DNA of 64,000 nt from Candidatus Zhuqueibacterota bacterium (GTDB lineage Bacteria; Zhuqueibacterota; Zhuqueibacteria; Thermofontimicrobiales; Thermofontimicrobiaceae): assembly GCA_049322915.1 (NCBI GenBank), contig JBMOPW010000016.1, positions 167,971 through 231,970 on the forward strand, read 5' to 3'. The notes under the pieces were generated by a model. The model made no database searches. It saw nothing but the letters and a program-made list of their open reading frames with translations, and was not told the origin of the DNA. A program made the position numbers and the translations under genes. Shown here piece after piece: positions 49,669-59,280 of the stretch; the stretch's first letter is position 1; every line of letters starts with the position of its first letter.

Positions 49669-50877
49669 TCACGCCCCGAATTTCAGCAATCGTTTGGCAT
49701 TGGCCAGAATGACCGGCATCAGATCTTTGCTCGGCATTCGTCCCAATCCTCCCTGAATACAGGCGATTTCATCGAACTGAGTGACGTTGTCTTTGCGGCA
49801 ATATTTCGAATATAGCAGCACCGGCACCGGGTGCCAGCTATGCGACGCTAACGCCGCAGGCGTGGAATGATCGGCGGTCACGACCATTACGTCCGGATTG
49901 AGCCGGGTGAGCAATGGGATCAATTTGTCCACTTCTTCGATGACGTTCACTTTCCCATCAAAAGCGCCGTCCTCGCCGCGGGAATCTGTCGGTTTGACGT
50001 GCACGAAGAAGTAGTCATATCGATCGTAATTCGCTTTCACGACTTCGAATTCTTCCCTGATGTCAGCGACCACCGGATGCAGATCCATATTGAGCAGAAA
50101 AGCGACGCCGCGATACATGGGATAATTGGCGATGGCCAGGCTTCTCAATTTGTATCGTTCCCACATGGATTTATAAGGTTTATGCCTGGCGAATCCGCGC
50201 AGCAGCAGGGTGTTGGCTTTCTCTTCATTCGCCAGAGCGGCATGCGCCTGATCCAGAAACCGCTGCGCCAGTCGCGCGGTCACTTCGCTTTGTTTATTCA
50301 ACGCGTGCGGCTTCAGGTAGGGGACGCCCTCTTTCTGGGGGTCTGTATCCTCCACATCGCCGCCGAGATTGTCTCCGCGAAGCAGCAGCGCAGCGCGGTG
50401 CTCTTTGACCGTCTCGATGACGAACTCCGCATCCGGCGCCAGAGAGACATTGTCGCGGATGATCTTGCAGATACGCTTGTTAGACTCGCTGTCGATTCTG
50501 CCGGCGCGTCGGTCGGTGATATTGCCCTGTTTATCCGACGTGGCAAAATTGATTCGGATGGCCACATCGCGATCCGTCATGGGCAAATTAATGCCGGCTG
50601 CTTCCAGCACGCCGCGGCCAATATTGGCCTCAATGGGATTGTAGCCAAAAAGAGCAAAATGAGCCGGGCCGCTTCCCGGCGTGATGCCCGGCAGGATGGG
50701 ATCCATCAGACCGCAAATGGATTCCGCCGCCAGCTTGTCCAGGTTTGGTTTGTGCGCAGCTTGCAGTTCTGTCCCCCGGCTATCGGTATTCAGACCGCCG
50801 AGTCCATCCATCACAAGAAATATAATTTTTGTGGTATTTTCAATTGTCAAATGATCGACAAAATTTTCCATGTCCAT
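49669..50877 (-). CDS. apgM: 2,3-bisphosphoglycerate-independent phosphoglycerate mutase (archaeal/ApgM type)
   Basis: VMDGLGG, PGITPGSGPAH, GRGVLEA, DRRAGRI, HVKPTD..GEDG, TADHSTP...HSWHPVP. Confidence 0.92.
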   Translation of the reverse strand: MDMENFVDHLTIENTTKIIFLVMDGLGGLNTDSRGTELQAAHKPNLDKLAAESICGLMDPILPGITPGSGPAHFALFGYNPIEANIGRGVLEAAGINLPMTDRDVAIRINFATSDKQGNITDRRAGRIDSESNKRICKIIRDNVSLAPDAEFVIETVKEHRAALLLRGDNLGGDVEDTDPQKEGVPYLKPHALNKQSEVTARLAQRFLDQAHAALANEEKANTLLLRGFARHKPYKSMWERYKLRSLAIANYPMYRGVAFLLNMDLHPVVADIREEFEVVKANYDRYDYFFVHVKPTDSRGEDGAFDGKVNVIEEVDKLIPLLTRLNPDVMVVTADHSTPAALASHSWHPVPVLLYSKYCRKDNVTQFDEIACIQGGLGRMPSKDLMPVILANAKRLLKFGA

Positions 50878-51379
50878 TTCCTTTCGTTGTTAGTACCCAT
50901 CTGGTTCGTCTATTTCATTGATACCTAAAAGAAGCGATTCGCTTTTCGCTTTCAGCGACAAGAAAAACAGCGTGTTCAAATGGAATTATCCTATCACATG
51001 AGGGGTGAACCCTCACAAATGTTTTTTTTAGTGTTATCAAAGGAGCTGATGGCTGAATGCTGTTCGCTCAATTTAGGTGATAATAATTTTCAGGAAGATA
51101 AAATATGCACCCGACACCACGCTATCGAAAAAGGGAGTCAGGTTAGCGTTTTACGCCGCCACGATGGAAATAGTTCACACAAAATTGAGACATGTGGAAA
51201 TGAACTCCCGTCGATTCATCCTCAGGATAGTGCGTCGATATCGGCTCGGATTTTTATTCATAACTCACTCTTTTCGAAACTTTCGTTTGTCACTCCTGGT
51301 TGTCGTTCGGCTCGCAGCGCGTCTGATACACAGTATTCGCCCGAATGAATCATCGGATGGCGATAGCATGAACCAGGAC

Positions 51380-53935
51380 TCAGGGCCACATGGTGGGGTC
51401 TTCGCTCAATTTTTTTTCAATGCTCAGGATTTTTTGTTTCCATTCTTTCACGGCAAAATTGAGCTGGAAGCCTAACTGAATGAGACAGGTGGCGGTTTCA
51501 AAACCGGCGTCCTGCATGTTTTTTCCGAGCATGGAATCGATCAATTCGGGCAATTTTTCTTTCAATATCGTGAACACAACATTCTGAAGATTTGTCTCAT
51601 TGATTTCGAGCCTGAGATTACGGGTGATCTGCAATATTTCATTCAATTCCCGGCAATTGACGAATTCGGGATTTTCGGAAAGCTGCTTCACCCGTTTTTC
51701 CAGAATCTGATTGAAAATTTTCTCCGGGATTTCTGTGTTGAGTTCAAATCCGAATCGGTCGGCCATTTCCACAATGCCTAGGGCGATTTTATAGAATTTG
51801 CTGTTGAAATCGTGCTGCGACTTCTCGATCTCCCGAACCAGTTGATTGCTCAAAATGAACTCCGCCGGAATCTTCAATTCATCCGGGATGGGAATCCCGA
51901 TCTCTTTCATAGTGAATAGCAGGTCCTTGTTGTCCTCGTAGAGTTTGGAGAACACCTGATGGAAATTTTCCGAGCGATCGCTGAAAATAATCTGGAAGAA
52001 ATCCTCCCGTTCATCATAGAGAACATCTTTCAGGGTGAACTGATTATCGCCCCAATTTTCATGGAGATAGCGATTGAATTGGTGTCGTTTATCGCAAGCC
52101 AGTTTCAGAAAATCCGCTTTGAGTTGATCGAATTTCTTGCCATTATGCAGGTGCTTCACGTAGCAGGCATATTGCAGATGATCGGTTTTATGCAGCAGAT
52201 AGGCGTATTCGCGCCATTCCCTGGTGATGCCGGACCCCACCTGCACGCGGCCTATGGTGCAGGTTTGTCCCCTGGCGGTGATGTCTGTTTTATCCGTCTG
52301 TTTGATCTGGAAATGGTAAATCGAATGGGTGGCGCCGACTGGCTTCACGCTGGAAAGGATGGCAAAATGGTTCACCACGCGGGAAAAAGTGACGATGAAG
52401 GGTCGCACCCGGGTTTCGTACAGTTTCGCGCCATCTTTGTATTCGTGAATATTGCTCTTAGCGTGTTTCAGCCGCGCGAGAACTTTTTTCTCCAATTCGT
52501 CATTGCCAAAATTGCGGGCGATCTCGATTGCCCGGCCGGCGTACTGTAAAATCTGTATGGTCTCCAGTCCTGAGATGTCGTTGAAAAACCAGCCGCAACT
52601 GGTGAACATCAACATGGCGTGGCGCTGCATTTCCATCAGGTTGAAAATTTTCACCCGCTTTTTTTCATCCAGGGCGCCGGCGCCATGCCGATCCAGAAAA
52701 TCCTGCATGGTCGCAGCATCGCGCTGCAGGATGACCTGAATGTATTCGTCGCGGGCGCGCCAGCCATCTTTCAGGCAATCCGCCGCTTCTTTCTCGAACA
52801 GCTCTGCCAAATCATCCCGCAGTTGATTGAGAGCCTCTCTCAAATGAAACCGCCATTTCTGATTCCATTCCGGCGAGCCGCCGGTGTGGCACCCGCAGTC
52901 GCGATACCAGCGCCCTACGCCGTGATAACAGCTCCACGATGTGCCCTCGCCATTGGGACCTTGTTTCAACTCCACTTCCCATTGCGGCGGATTATTCGCC
53001 AGATACTCGCCGTAATTGGTCACCCGGATGCCTCGCCGTTCCGTTTCGTTGTGGAGAAGATAAGCCAGCCCCATGTCGCCGAATGGTTCGTGATGCCCAT
53101 AGGATTCGCCATCGGTGCAGACGGAGACCAGTTGATTATTGGCGGACTGCTGATTGAACGCCGCCTGAATCTGATCGGCAAATTTCCCGGCATCGCGCAG
53201 AAGGTGCTCAAACCCAACGCCGCGGGAGAGCTCCCCGTGATAGAAGAAAATGTCGATGAAACGGGATTTGTCCTTCGCACCCAGGGCATCCAGCAGATAG
53301 CAGCGGTACGGTTGCCGCGTGTCGATGTCGCCGGAAGAGACATCGGTCCACTGATCCTGTCGCGCCGACTGGAGCGGCTGAACCCGATACGCCTGATACG
53401 GCGAAAGAATGAGGTACCTGAATCCGAAGTGATCCAGCGCATCCAGCGTTGCATAATTCACTGCTGTTTCCGGCAGCCAGATCGATTCGGATTTTCGGCC
53501 AAAGCGATGCTCAAAATCTGCCAATCCCCATCGGATCTGGGTGAACGTGTCACGGGTGTTGGCAAGGGGCAAAATGATATGATTGTAAGCCTGGGCAATG
53601 GCATTACCGTGGCCGGAGAAGAGTTCAACGCTTTGTCTATCTGCCTGAATGATCGCCTGGTAAGTTTCGGCGGCATGTTCCTGGAGCCAGCTCAGCAGCG
53701 TTGGCCCATAGTTGTAACTCATTTTTCGATAGTTGCTGACAATGTCTTTGATGCGGTATTCATTATCCAGAATTCGGGAGAAGGCATTGGGAGAATAACA
53801 CTCCGAAGCGATTTTATCATTCCAGTTGTGAAATGGAGCGGCGCTTTCCTGCCGTTCGATGGCTTCAGTCCAGGGATTTTCACGGGGCGGTTGATAGAAG
53901 TGACCGTGAATCGTTAGGAATAAATTGTTTGACAT
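51380..53935 (-). CDS. Glycoside hydrolase family 57 with DUF3536
   Basis: IHGHFYQPPRENPW, AQAYNHIILPL, WLPETAV, TDGESYGHH, SWSCYHGVGRW, MFTSCGWFF. Confidence 0.92.
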   Translation of the reverse strand: MSNNLFLTIHGHFYQPPRENPWTEAIERQESAAPFHNWNDKIASECYSPNAFSRILDNEYRIKDIVSNYRKMSYNYGPTLLSWLQEHAAETYQAIIQADRQSVELFSGHGNAIAQAYNHIILPLANTRDTFTQIRWGLADFEHRFGRKSESIWLPETAVNYATLDALDHFGFRYLILSPYQAYRVQPLQSARQDQWTDVSSGDIDTRQPYRCYLLDALGAKDKSRFIDIFFYHGELSRGVGFEHLLRDAGKFADQIQAAFNQQSANNQLVSVCTDGESYGHHEPFGDMGLAYLLHNETERRGIRVTNYGEYLANNPPQWEVELKQGPNGEGTSWSCYHGVGRWYRDCGCHTGGSPEWNQKWRFHLREALNQLRDDLAELFEKEAADCLKDGWRARDEYIQVILQRDAATMQDFLDRHGAGALDEKKRVKIFNLMEMQRHAMLMFTSCGWFFNDISGLETIQILQYAGRAIEIARNFGNDELEKKVLARLKHAKSNIHEYKDGAKLYETRVRPFIVTFSRVVNHFAILSSVKPVGATHSIYHFQIKQTDKTDITARGQTCTIGRVQVGSGITREWREYAYLLHKTDHLQYACYVKHLHNGKKFDQLKADFLKLACDKRHQFNRYLHENWGDNQFTLKDVLYDEREDFFQIIFSDRSENFHQVFSKLYEDNKDLLFTMKEIGIPIPDELKIPAEFILSNQLVREIEKSQHDFNSKFYKIALGIVEMADRFGFELNTEIPEKIFNQILEKRVKQLSENPEFVNCRELNEILQITRNLRLEINETNLQNVVFTILKEKLPELIDSMLGKNMQDAGFETATCLIQLGFQLNFAVKEWKQKILSIEKKLSEDPTMWP

Positions 53936-54168
53936 TGAATTTGTATGAAGTTCTCTTGTTGAGTCAACTTTTTATTATGGGATAAAGCCCTGATCTCAGG
54001 CATAGACATCTGATAGATTGTATAAAAATCAGCAACGTGGGCCACCATTTTTGCTCTGTTGTTCGTCGGAACTGGCGCTGGCGCCCGTCCACTCCGCGCG
54101 GCGAGAACCGATTCCGGCCTTCGACAGATACGCGCGAAACATGAGCGCACCCTTGGCGCGGGACAGGA

Positions 54169-55584
54169 TCATTTAATTCGAACGAACTCGATCCGCCGGT
54201 TGGCTGCCCGACCGATTGTCGTCGCATTATCAGCGACCGGCTGCAGATGCCCATACCCGATTGCCCTGATTCTCGCCGGATCGATGCCCCGATTGATGAG
54301 ATATTGCCGCACCGCGTGGGCGCGAAGCTCGGACAGTTTTATATTGGAATGTAAATTTCCAGTATTATCCGTGTGCCCCTGAATTTCGATCTCGATCTGC
54401 GGGAAATCGACCAGCGTGTGAAAGACTTCATCCAGTGCGGAAAAGGACGCTGTCGTGAGCATTGCGCTCCCGGAAGGAAAGGTCACTCCATTGAGAACAA
54501 TATTCTTGCCTTTTTCCATGGGCTCCGGCTGGGGTTTTTCATCCGGACACCCATCTTCGTCCAGATAATCGTTGTAATCCTCAGGCCAATTTTTGCACTG
54601 GTCCAGGCTATCGGGAATTCCATCATTGTCATTGTCCGTGTCCGGACAGCCGTCATGGTCTTCAAAATCATCGAAATCTTCCGGCATGAGGGGACACTTG
54701 TCTTTAATATCTTCGATGGTATCCTGATCATTATCAGCGTCGGGTATCCCATCATAATCTTTGAATCCGTCCATATCTTCGGGTTTATTGGGCGCTTTGT
54801 CATCGATATCCGGAATCCCATCGCCGTCATTGTCCTCTTCCGGCGCGCCATCGTTATCCTTGAAGCCATCGAAATCTTCTTTGCGCAGCGGATCGAGATC
54901 AAGTTTATCTTCAATGCCATCCTGGTCGCGATCTCTGAATGCGCCCGGGTAGTAGGTCAACCCGAATCGTAATTCAGCAATGGCGTTATTGGCATCGTCC
55001 CCCATGCCCATTGTATCCTCATCGCCCTTGAGCAATCGATGATAGTTAGCGCCCAAATTGAGAACGATTTCCTGGGTGAAAAAAAATTCGAAGCCAAAAC
55101 CCCCGATCAATGTGAAATTCATGGTGCTGCCGTTCACGCTCGTTCCGCGGGAAAATGTGCTCACTTCGTTGTCCAGCGCACGAATGTCCCAAATTGTAAG
55201 ACCTGCTCCCCAATTGAGATAGGGCCGAACCATGGATTCCGGGAGTAAATTGTAAACGACATTTACATCGACAGGAATGAGGAGTGTTTTGAAACCACCT
55301 CCTGCCGATTCAAATTGTGAGCCATTGGGATCTCTGGGGTAGACCCATCCGTAGGATACGTTGGTGTGGACGGCCAGCGTCGGAGAATAGCCGTAACAAA
55401 ACTGAACGCCGGCCCATTGATCGATCGTTGACCTGTCAATATCACCGCCCACCATTTTCACCGGCCCGGCCATGAGACCGATGCCGTAGCGGTCGGACAG
55501 GTCTTGGGCTAATAGATTTGGAATCAGAGCCGCGTATAAAATGGTGCAGTATAGTGTCAAGTGTTTATTGTAAAGTCGCCTCAT
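54169..55584 (-). CDS. OmpA family protein: N-terminal beta-barrel, thrombospondin type-3 Ca-binding repeats, OmpA C-terminal domain
   Basis: Repeated D-x-D-x-D-G-I-x-D...P-E-D...D-G-x-P; IQGHTDNTG, LSELRA, GYG...NRRIEF. Confidence 0.92.
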   Translation of the reverse strand: MRRLYNKHLTLYCTILYAALIPNLLAQDLSDRYGIGLMAGPVKMVGGDIDRSTIDQWAGVQFCYGYSPTLAVHTNVSYGWVYPRDPNGSQFESAGGGFKTLLIPVDVNVVYNLLPESMVRPYLNWGAGLTIWDIRALDNEVSTFSRGTSVNGSTMNFTLIGGFGFEFFFTQEIVLNLGANYHRLLKGDEDTMGMGDDANNAIAELRFGLTYYPGAFRDRDQDGIEDKLDLDPLRKEDFDGFKDNDGAPEEDNDGDGIPDIDDKAPNKPEDMDGFKDYDGIPDADNDQDTIEDIKDKCPLMPEDFDDFEDHDGCPDTDNDNDGIPDSLDQCKNWPEDYNDYLDEDGCPDEKPQPEPMEKGKNIVLNGVTFPSGSAMLTTASFSALDEVFHTLVDFPQIEIEIQGHTDNTGNLHSNIKLSELRAHAVRQYLINRGIDPARIRAIGYGHLQPVADNATTIGRAANRRIEFVRIK

Positions 55585-56332
55585 AGCACACCTCACGATT
55601 GAAGACCCGGAAAATTCCACTCAAACTAAAGAAATATTTTGAAATTGTCAAGGTGTTTTTTAAATGTGAACAAATCTTTAACCGGTCTGAAAAAATACTT
55701 TGCAGTCGACGCCATCAATTCCATTCTAACGGCGAGCGTGGATTCAAGCCGGGCGCATTCGTTGCAGCGCTCGATGAAGAATGAAAGTGACCATCGCTGC
55801 CGGGACATACCTGGCTGGCGCTGGAGCCGAATCCTGTGCCAGCCTGCTGTTGAATTTGCTCCGCTATCATGAAAAAGAAAAGTCGCAATTCAGAACAATG
55901 GCCGGTATAATTAATTATCAATTCAATCAGGTGAGCGATTCGGGCAAGGATGAAGAAAAAGCTGTTAGTCTCTGACAACTATTTTTCAGGCTTTTTTTGG
56001 GCAGAAAATTATAGAGAGTACGGATGATGCTGATGATCCGCCAAAAAGATAGCGAACGTTCAGCACGGATCATGCCAAAGGCAGATGCGTCCGTCGGCGC
56101 ATTTACACTGATCAAAAATCCGTGAAGGTCAGCGCGGAACGTCCGCCGAATTTTCAGGAGGATCATCAGCGTTCTATTTCATTTTTGGTTCCGGCTTGTC
56201 CAGGTCAGGGTTATTGTTTAATAAATAATCGCTGAGTTCCTTGTCCCGCAGCACCGAACTGTATCGTTCGTCTATGCGAATACAACGAATTCAGAATAAT
56301 GCACTTGATCCAATGAAAAACGGAAAGGGAAT

Positions 56333-57502
56333 ATGAATCGGTTCAGAGCGGTTGTATCAGGTCTCATTTTTTGCATGACAGCAATTGGATTCGGGGGAGA
56401 ATTTTATCACGGCACCAGAGGGCCATTGAATGTGGTACCGGCATGGAATATCGCCCGGGGCGATGTGACCATTTCCGGGAGTTCCCGGTTTTATTTCAAT
56501 AATAAAACCTATCCCGGTTCGACCGGGCCTGCGGCTGCGGTGACATTCTGGGATATTCAGGGTGGCGCCAATATCGCCTATGGCATCGCGCGAAATTACC
56601 AGGTGGGCATTTCCCAGATCATTTATCAGGATAATCACAAGCCCGGTAAGGGATATAATTTTCCGGATGACCTGTTTTTCGATGTTCGAATCGGTTCGTT
56701 TCCCAATGCACCATCAATGTTGCAGTACGGCGCCCGGGTCATCGCCCGCGTACCTCTGGCGCAATACCACAATGTCCCGTTAGAACCGTATTCCGCCGGA
56801 AAAGTGGAACTTGGCCTGTTCGGATTGCTCTCTTACTCAGCCAACGCGACTCGCCCTGATGATGCGCTCAACGGCCATGTCAACCTGGGAATCATCGACC
56901 ATAACGATAAGGGCGCGAACATCGCTGAAGAATACGGCGTGAATTACGTCAACGAAGGACACAGCCGGGAGCTCTTCGGTGGCTTGGCGCTCATTTTTCC
57001 GACAATTAAATTTGATTTTTCTGCGGAGCTATATGGAAATTACTATATCTCGAAACCTCCGCAAACTGCATTCAGTCGCCACAATTACATCTATGTCACT
57101 CCCGGCATCACCTATAAAGCGAGCCCTTGGGCTGCATTTACATTCGGTTTTGATTTTCGATTGACTTCGAACAAGTCGAACGATAGTTATTATTTGCCAG
57201 GCAGCTCGACCCATTGGTTGCCGACTTTCCCGACGTGGCGGGTGAATTTCAACGTGCGGCTGAATCTGTTCTCGAAAGAGAAAACACTTTTTGCCGAAAA
57301 AGAAAAATCAGCGATGGCGAAGCAGGATGAAAAGAAGGATGTGTACCAGGAGATAGCAACTGAGCGGAAAAAGGTGGAGAACGCGGAAGCTGAATTGGAG
57401 AAGATCAAGGAAGAGCGTCGCCGCATGGATGAGATTTTGGTGCGATTGAGAAAGGCGCTGGAAAATACTGAAAAGCAGGAAGGTCAGAAAGAGAAGAAAT
57501 AG
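56333..57502 (+). CDS. Hypothetical outer-membrane beta-barrel-like protein with C-terminal coiled coil
   Basis: Signal peptide, amphipathic aromatic strands, charged helical tail (ERKKVENAEAELEKIKEERRR). Confidence 0.75.
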   Translation: MNRFRAVVSGLIFCMTAIGFGGEFYHGTRGPLNVVPAWNIARGDVTISGSSRFYFNNKTYPGSTGPAAAVTFWDIQGGANIAYGIARNYQVGISQIIYQDNHKPGKGYNFPDDLFFDVRIGSFPNAPSMLQYGARVIARVPLAQYHNVPLEPYSAGKVELGLFGLLSYSANATRPDDALNGHVNLGIIDHNDKGANIAEEYGVNYVNEGHSRELFGGLALIFPTIKFDFSAELYGNYYISKPPQTAFSRHNYIYVTPGITYKASPWAAFTFGFDFRLTSNKSNDSYYLPGSSTHWLPTFPTWRVNFNVRLNLFSKEKTLFAEKEKSAMAKQDEKKDVYQEIATERKKVENAEAELEKIKEERRRMDEILVRLRKALENTEKQEGQKEKK

Positions 57503-57636
57503 AACTTGGCCAGGGCAATAAAACGCGCACTGGCCGGTTGAAAAGTTTGGTGGTTTTGATGCGATCGTGAAACAGGAAAACCGGATGGGGAGGAGCTGAA
57601 TTCGCCCGTACGTAGTTTCAGCTTCCCCGCATTATG

Positions 57637-57978
57637 TCAACTTTCTTTTTCTTTGGGCACGGATAAATAGGCGTATGCGTTGAACCCGGACATCATTAAA
57701 TCCGCCTCCGGGGACACATTAATGATTTTGACATCGCCCTCTTTGCTTCGAACCTTGGCCGTGGCTTCAATAATGGTGGAGATGAAATTCTGGGATGGAT
57801 CATCGATATTGGTCATATCCAGGATCAGCTTGTAAAATTTATTTTTAAAGCACTTGTTAAAAGCGGCGGTCAAATAGGCCGGAGCCAGCTTTGCACTCAA
57901 CGGTTCGGTGAAACGAATTTTGATGATGGAGCCATCCTGGCCTATTTTTTCCAAAACAATCTTTTGTCCTTTGCCCAT
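57637..57978 (-). CDS. STAS-domain protein (anti-sigma factor antagonist-like)
   Basis: AAGGAG RBS; KLILDMTNID...GDVKIINVSP STAS pattern. Confidence 0.75.
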   Translation of the reverse strand: MGKGQKIVLEKIGQDGSIIKIRFTEPLSAKLAPAYLTAAFNKCFKNKFYKLILDMTNIDDPSQNFISTIIEATAKVRSKEGDVKIINVSPEADLMMSGFNAYAYLSVPKEKES

Positions 57979-58209
57979 ATCAATGCTCCTTGATGCCCCT
58001 CGCTGCCATTGCATCCCTTAGCAGCAGCCCTTGTAACAGACGAAACTGGCACATCCGATGAACGACCGAAACCGGGCCAATCCCTCCGGATGACGCGCTG
58101 GAATTTTTCCGAAGCCGGATCGTCCGCGAATATCACGCCTTAATTATTGCCTGAACAAAAACTAGTTTTATATTAAACGATAACGAGATTTCCCAGGTTT
58201 ATTTAAATT

Positions 58210-58314
58210 GACCTCATCCCCTGATCCCTTCTTACCCTGCGGGCGCTACGCCTGGAAGAAGAAGGGGAAAATTGTTTTCTCCCTTTCCGTGTAGGAGAGG
58301 GTCGGGGTGATGTC
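58210..58314. repeat. REP-like palindromic element (ACCTCA.CCCC...CCCTTC...GGAGAGGG..GGGGTGA type)
   Basis: Imperfect terminal inverted repeats GACCTCATCCCC / GGGGTGATGTC enclosing two CCCTT...AAGGG/GAGGG stems. Confidence 0.6.
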
Positions 58315-58346
58315 TATAATAGTAGCTTTCGTTCAACCACAAATTA

Positions 58347-59261
58347 TCAGATGAGATGATCCAGGAAAAAACTCAGGATCAACAACAGCCCGGTGAATAA
58401 ATGGTTCAAAATTGTGGTCGCATTTGCCGGGACAAGTTTAATACTATTATCGTAATTTTCCTGAGCAACCTTAATCGATTTCAATGCCAGTGGTAGAGTG
58501 AGCAGCGCGATCAACGAAACAGGCGGCAGCACATCGGTTACGACCGACACGACCACGGTGAAATAGGTGAGCAGAATGATGGCAATATAACCTTTCACTG
58601 CTCGTTCTTTGCCGAAGCGCACGACAAGATGATTCTTTCCGACTGCCTCGTCGGCCCGGGCGTCAGGGAATTCGTTGATGTACAGCACCGCGGCAATGAG
58701 CAGCGCTACCGGCAACGACGACACAATCGGAATCCACGAGAAAGAGCCTGTCTGCGTGTAATACGCTCCCAGCGTCATAAGCACGCCGAAGTTAATGCCG
58801 ATGAGAAGTTCCCCGATACCGCGCGCCACGAGATTCACTCCCGGCGCCACGTAAAACACCGCTGAAAACACACCCAGAATACCGATGGCCAGAACGACCC
58901 AGCCGAATTTATAGGTGAAATACAGTCCGATGAGACTTCCGAGAAACAGAAAAATCAGCGCGCCGACCAGCACTTCTTTGGGCGTCAGCAGTTTGTCCTG
59001 AATCAGACGACTGCCGCCACTGAAGGGTCGCATAAATTCTTCATTGATCTCATCGTTGCGGGATAAGTGGTCGAAATAGTCATTGATCACATTGGCGCCG
59101 GCGTGCAACATCACTGCGCCGACCAGCGTCAACACAAAATGCAGCCAGTGGATCGATTGGGTCATGTGGTAGGCGATGGTTGTTCCCAGAATGACCGGGA
59201 TGAGCGTCGCTGTGAAAAAAGGAGCCCTCACTTCCATGATCCATAACTTCAATTTACTCAT
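58347..59261 (-). CDS. menA: 1,4-dihydroxy-2-naphthoate prenyltransferase (UbiA family)
   Basis: RAPFFTAT, ANVINDYFD, FSGGSR, GIGE, INEFPD..AD..VGK.HLVVRFG. Confidence 0.85.
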   Translation of the reverse strand: MSKLKLWIMEVRAPFFTATLIPVILGTTIAYHMTQSIHWLHFVLTLVGAVMLHAGANVINDYFDHLSRNDEINEEFMRPFSGGSRLIQDKLLTPKEVLVGALIFLFLGSLIGLYFTYKFGWVVLAIGILGVFSAVFYVAPGVNLVARGIGELLIGINFGVLMTLGAYYTQTGSFSWIPIVSSLPVALLIAAVLYINEFPDARADEAVGKNHLVVRFGKERAVKGYIAIILLTYFTVVVSVVTDVLPPVSLIALLTLPLALKSIKVAQENYDNSIKLVPANATTILNHLFTGLLLILSFFLDHLI

Positions 59262-59280
59262 ACACTATTTTCTCCTGCTA

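Noticed and set aside
52619..53917. 432-aa plus-strand ORF (likewise 49867-50928)
   Set aside because: Antisense shadows of the GH57 and apgM genes.
54540..54940. Repetitive sequence inside the OmpA gene
   Set aside because: Ordinary thrombospondin type-3 coding repeats, not a DNA-level repeat array.
55826..55841. TGGCACA-GGAT-TCGGC as a sigma54 promoter
   Set aside because: GG-to-GC spacing is off by one base, which sigma54 does not tolerate.
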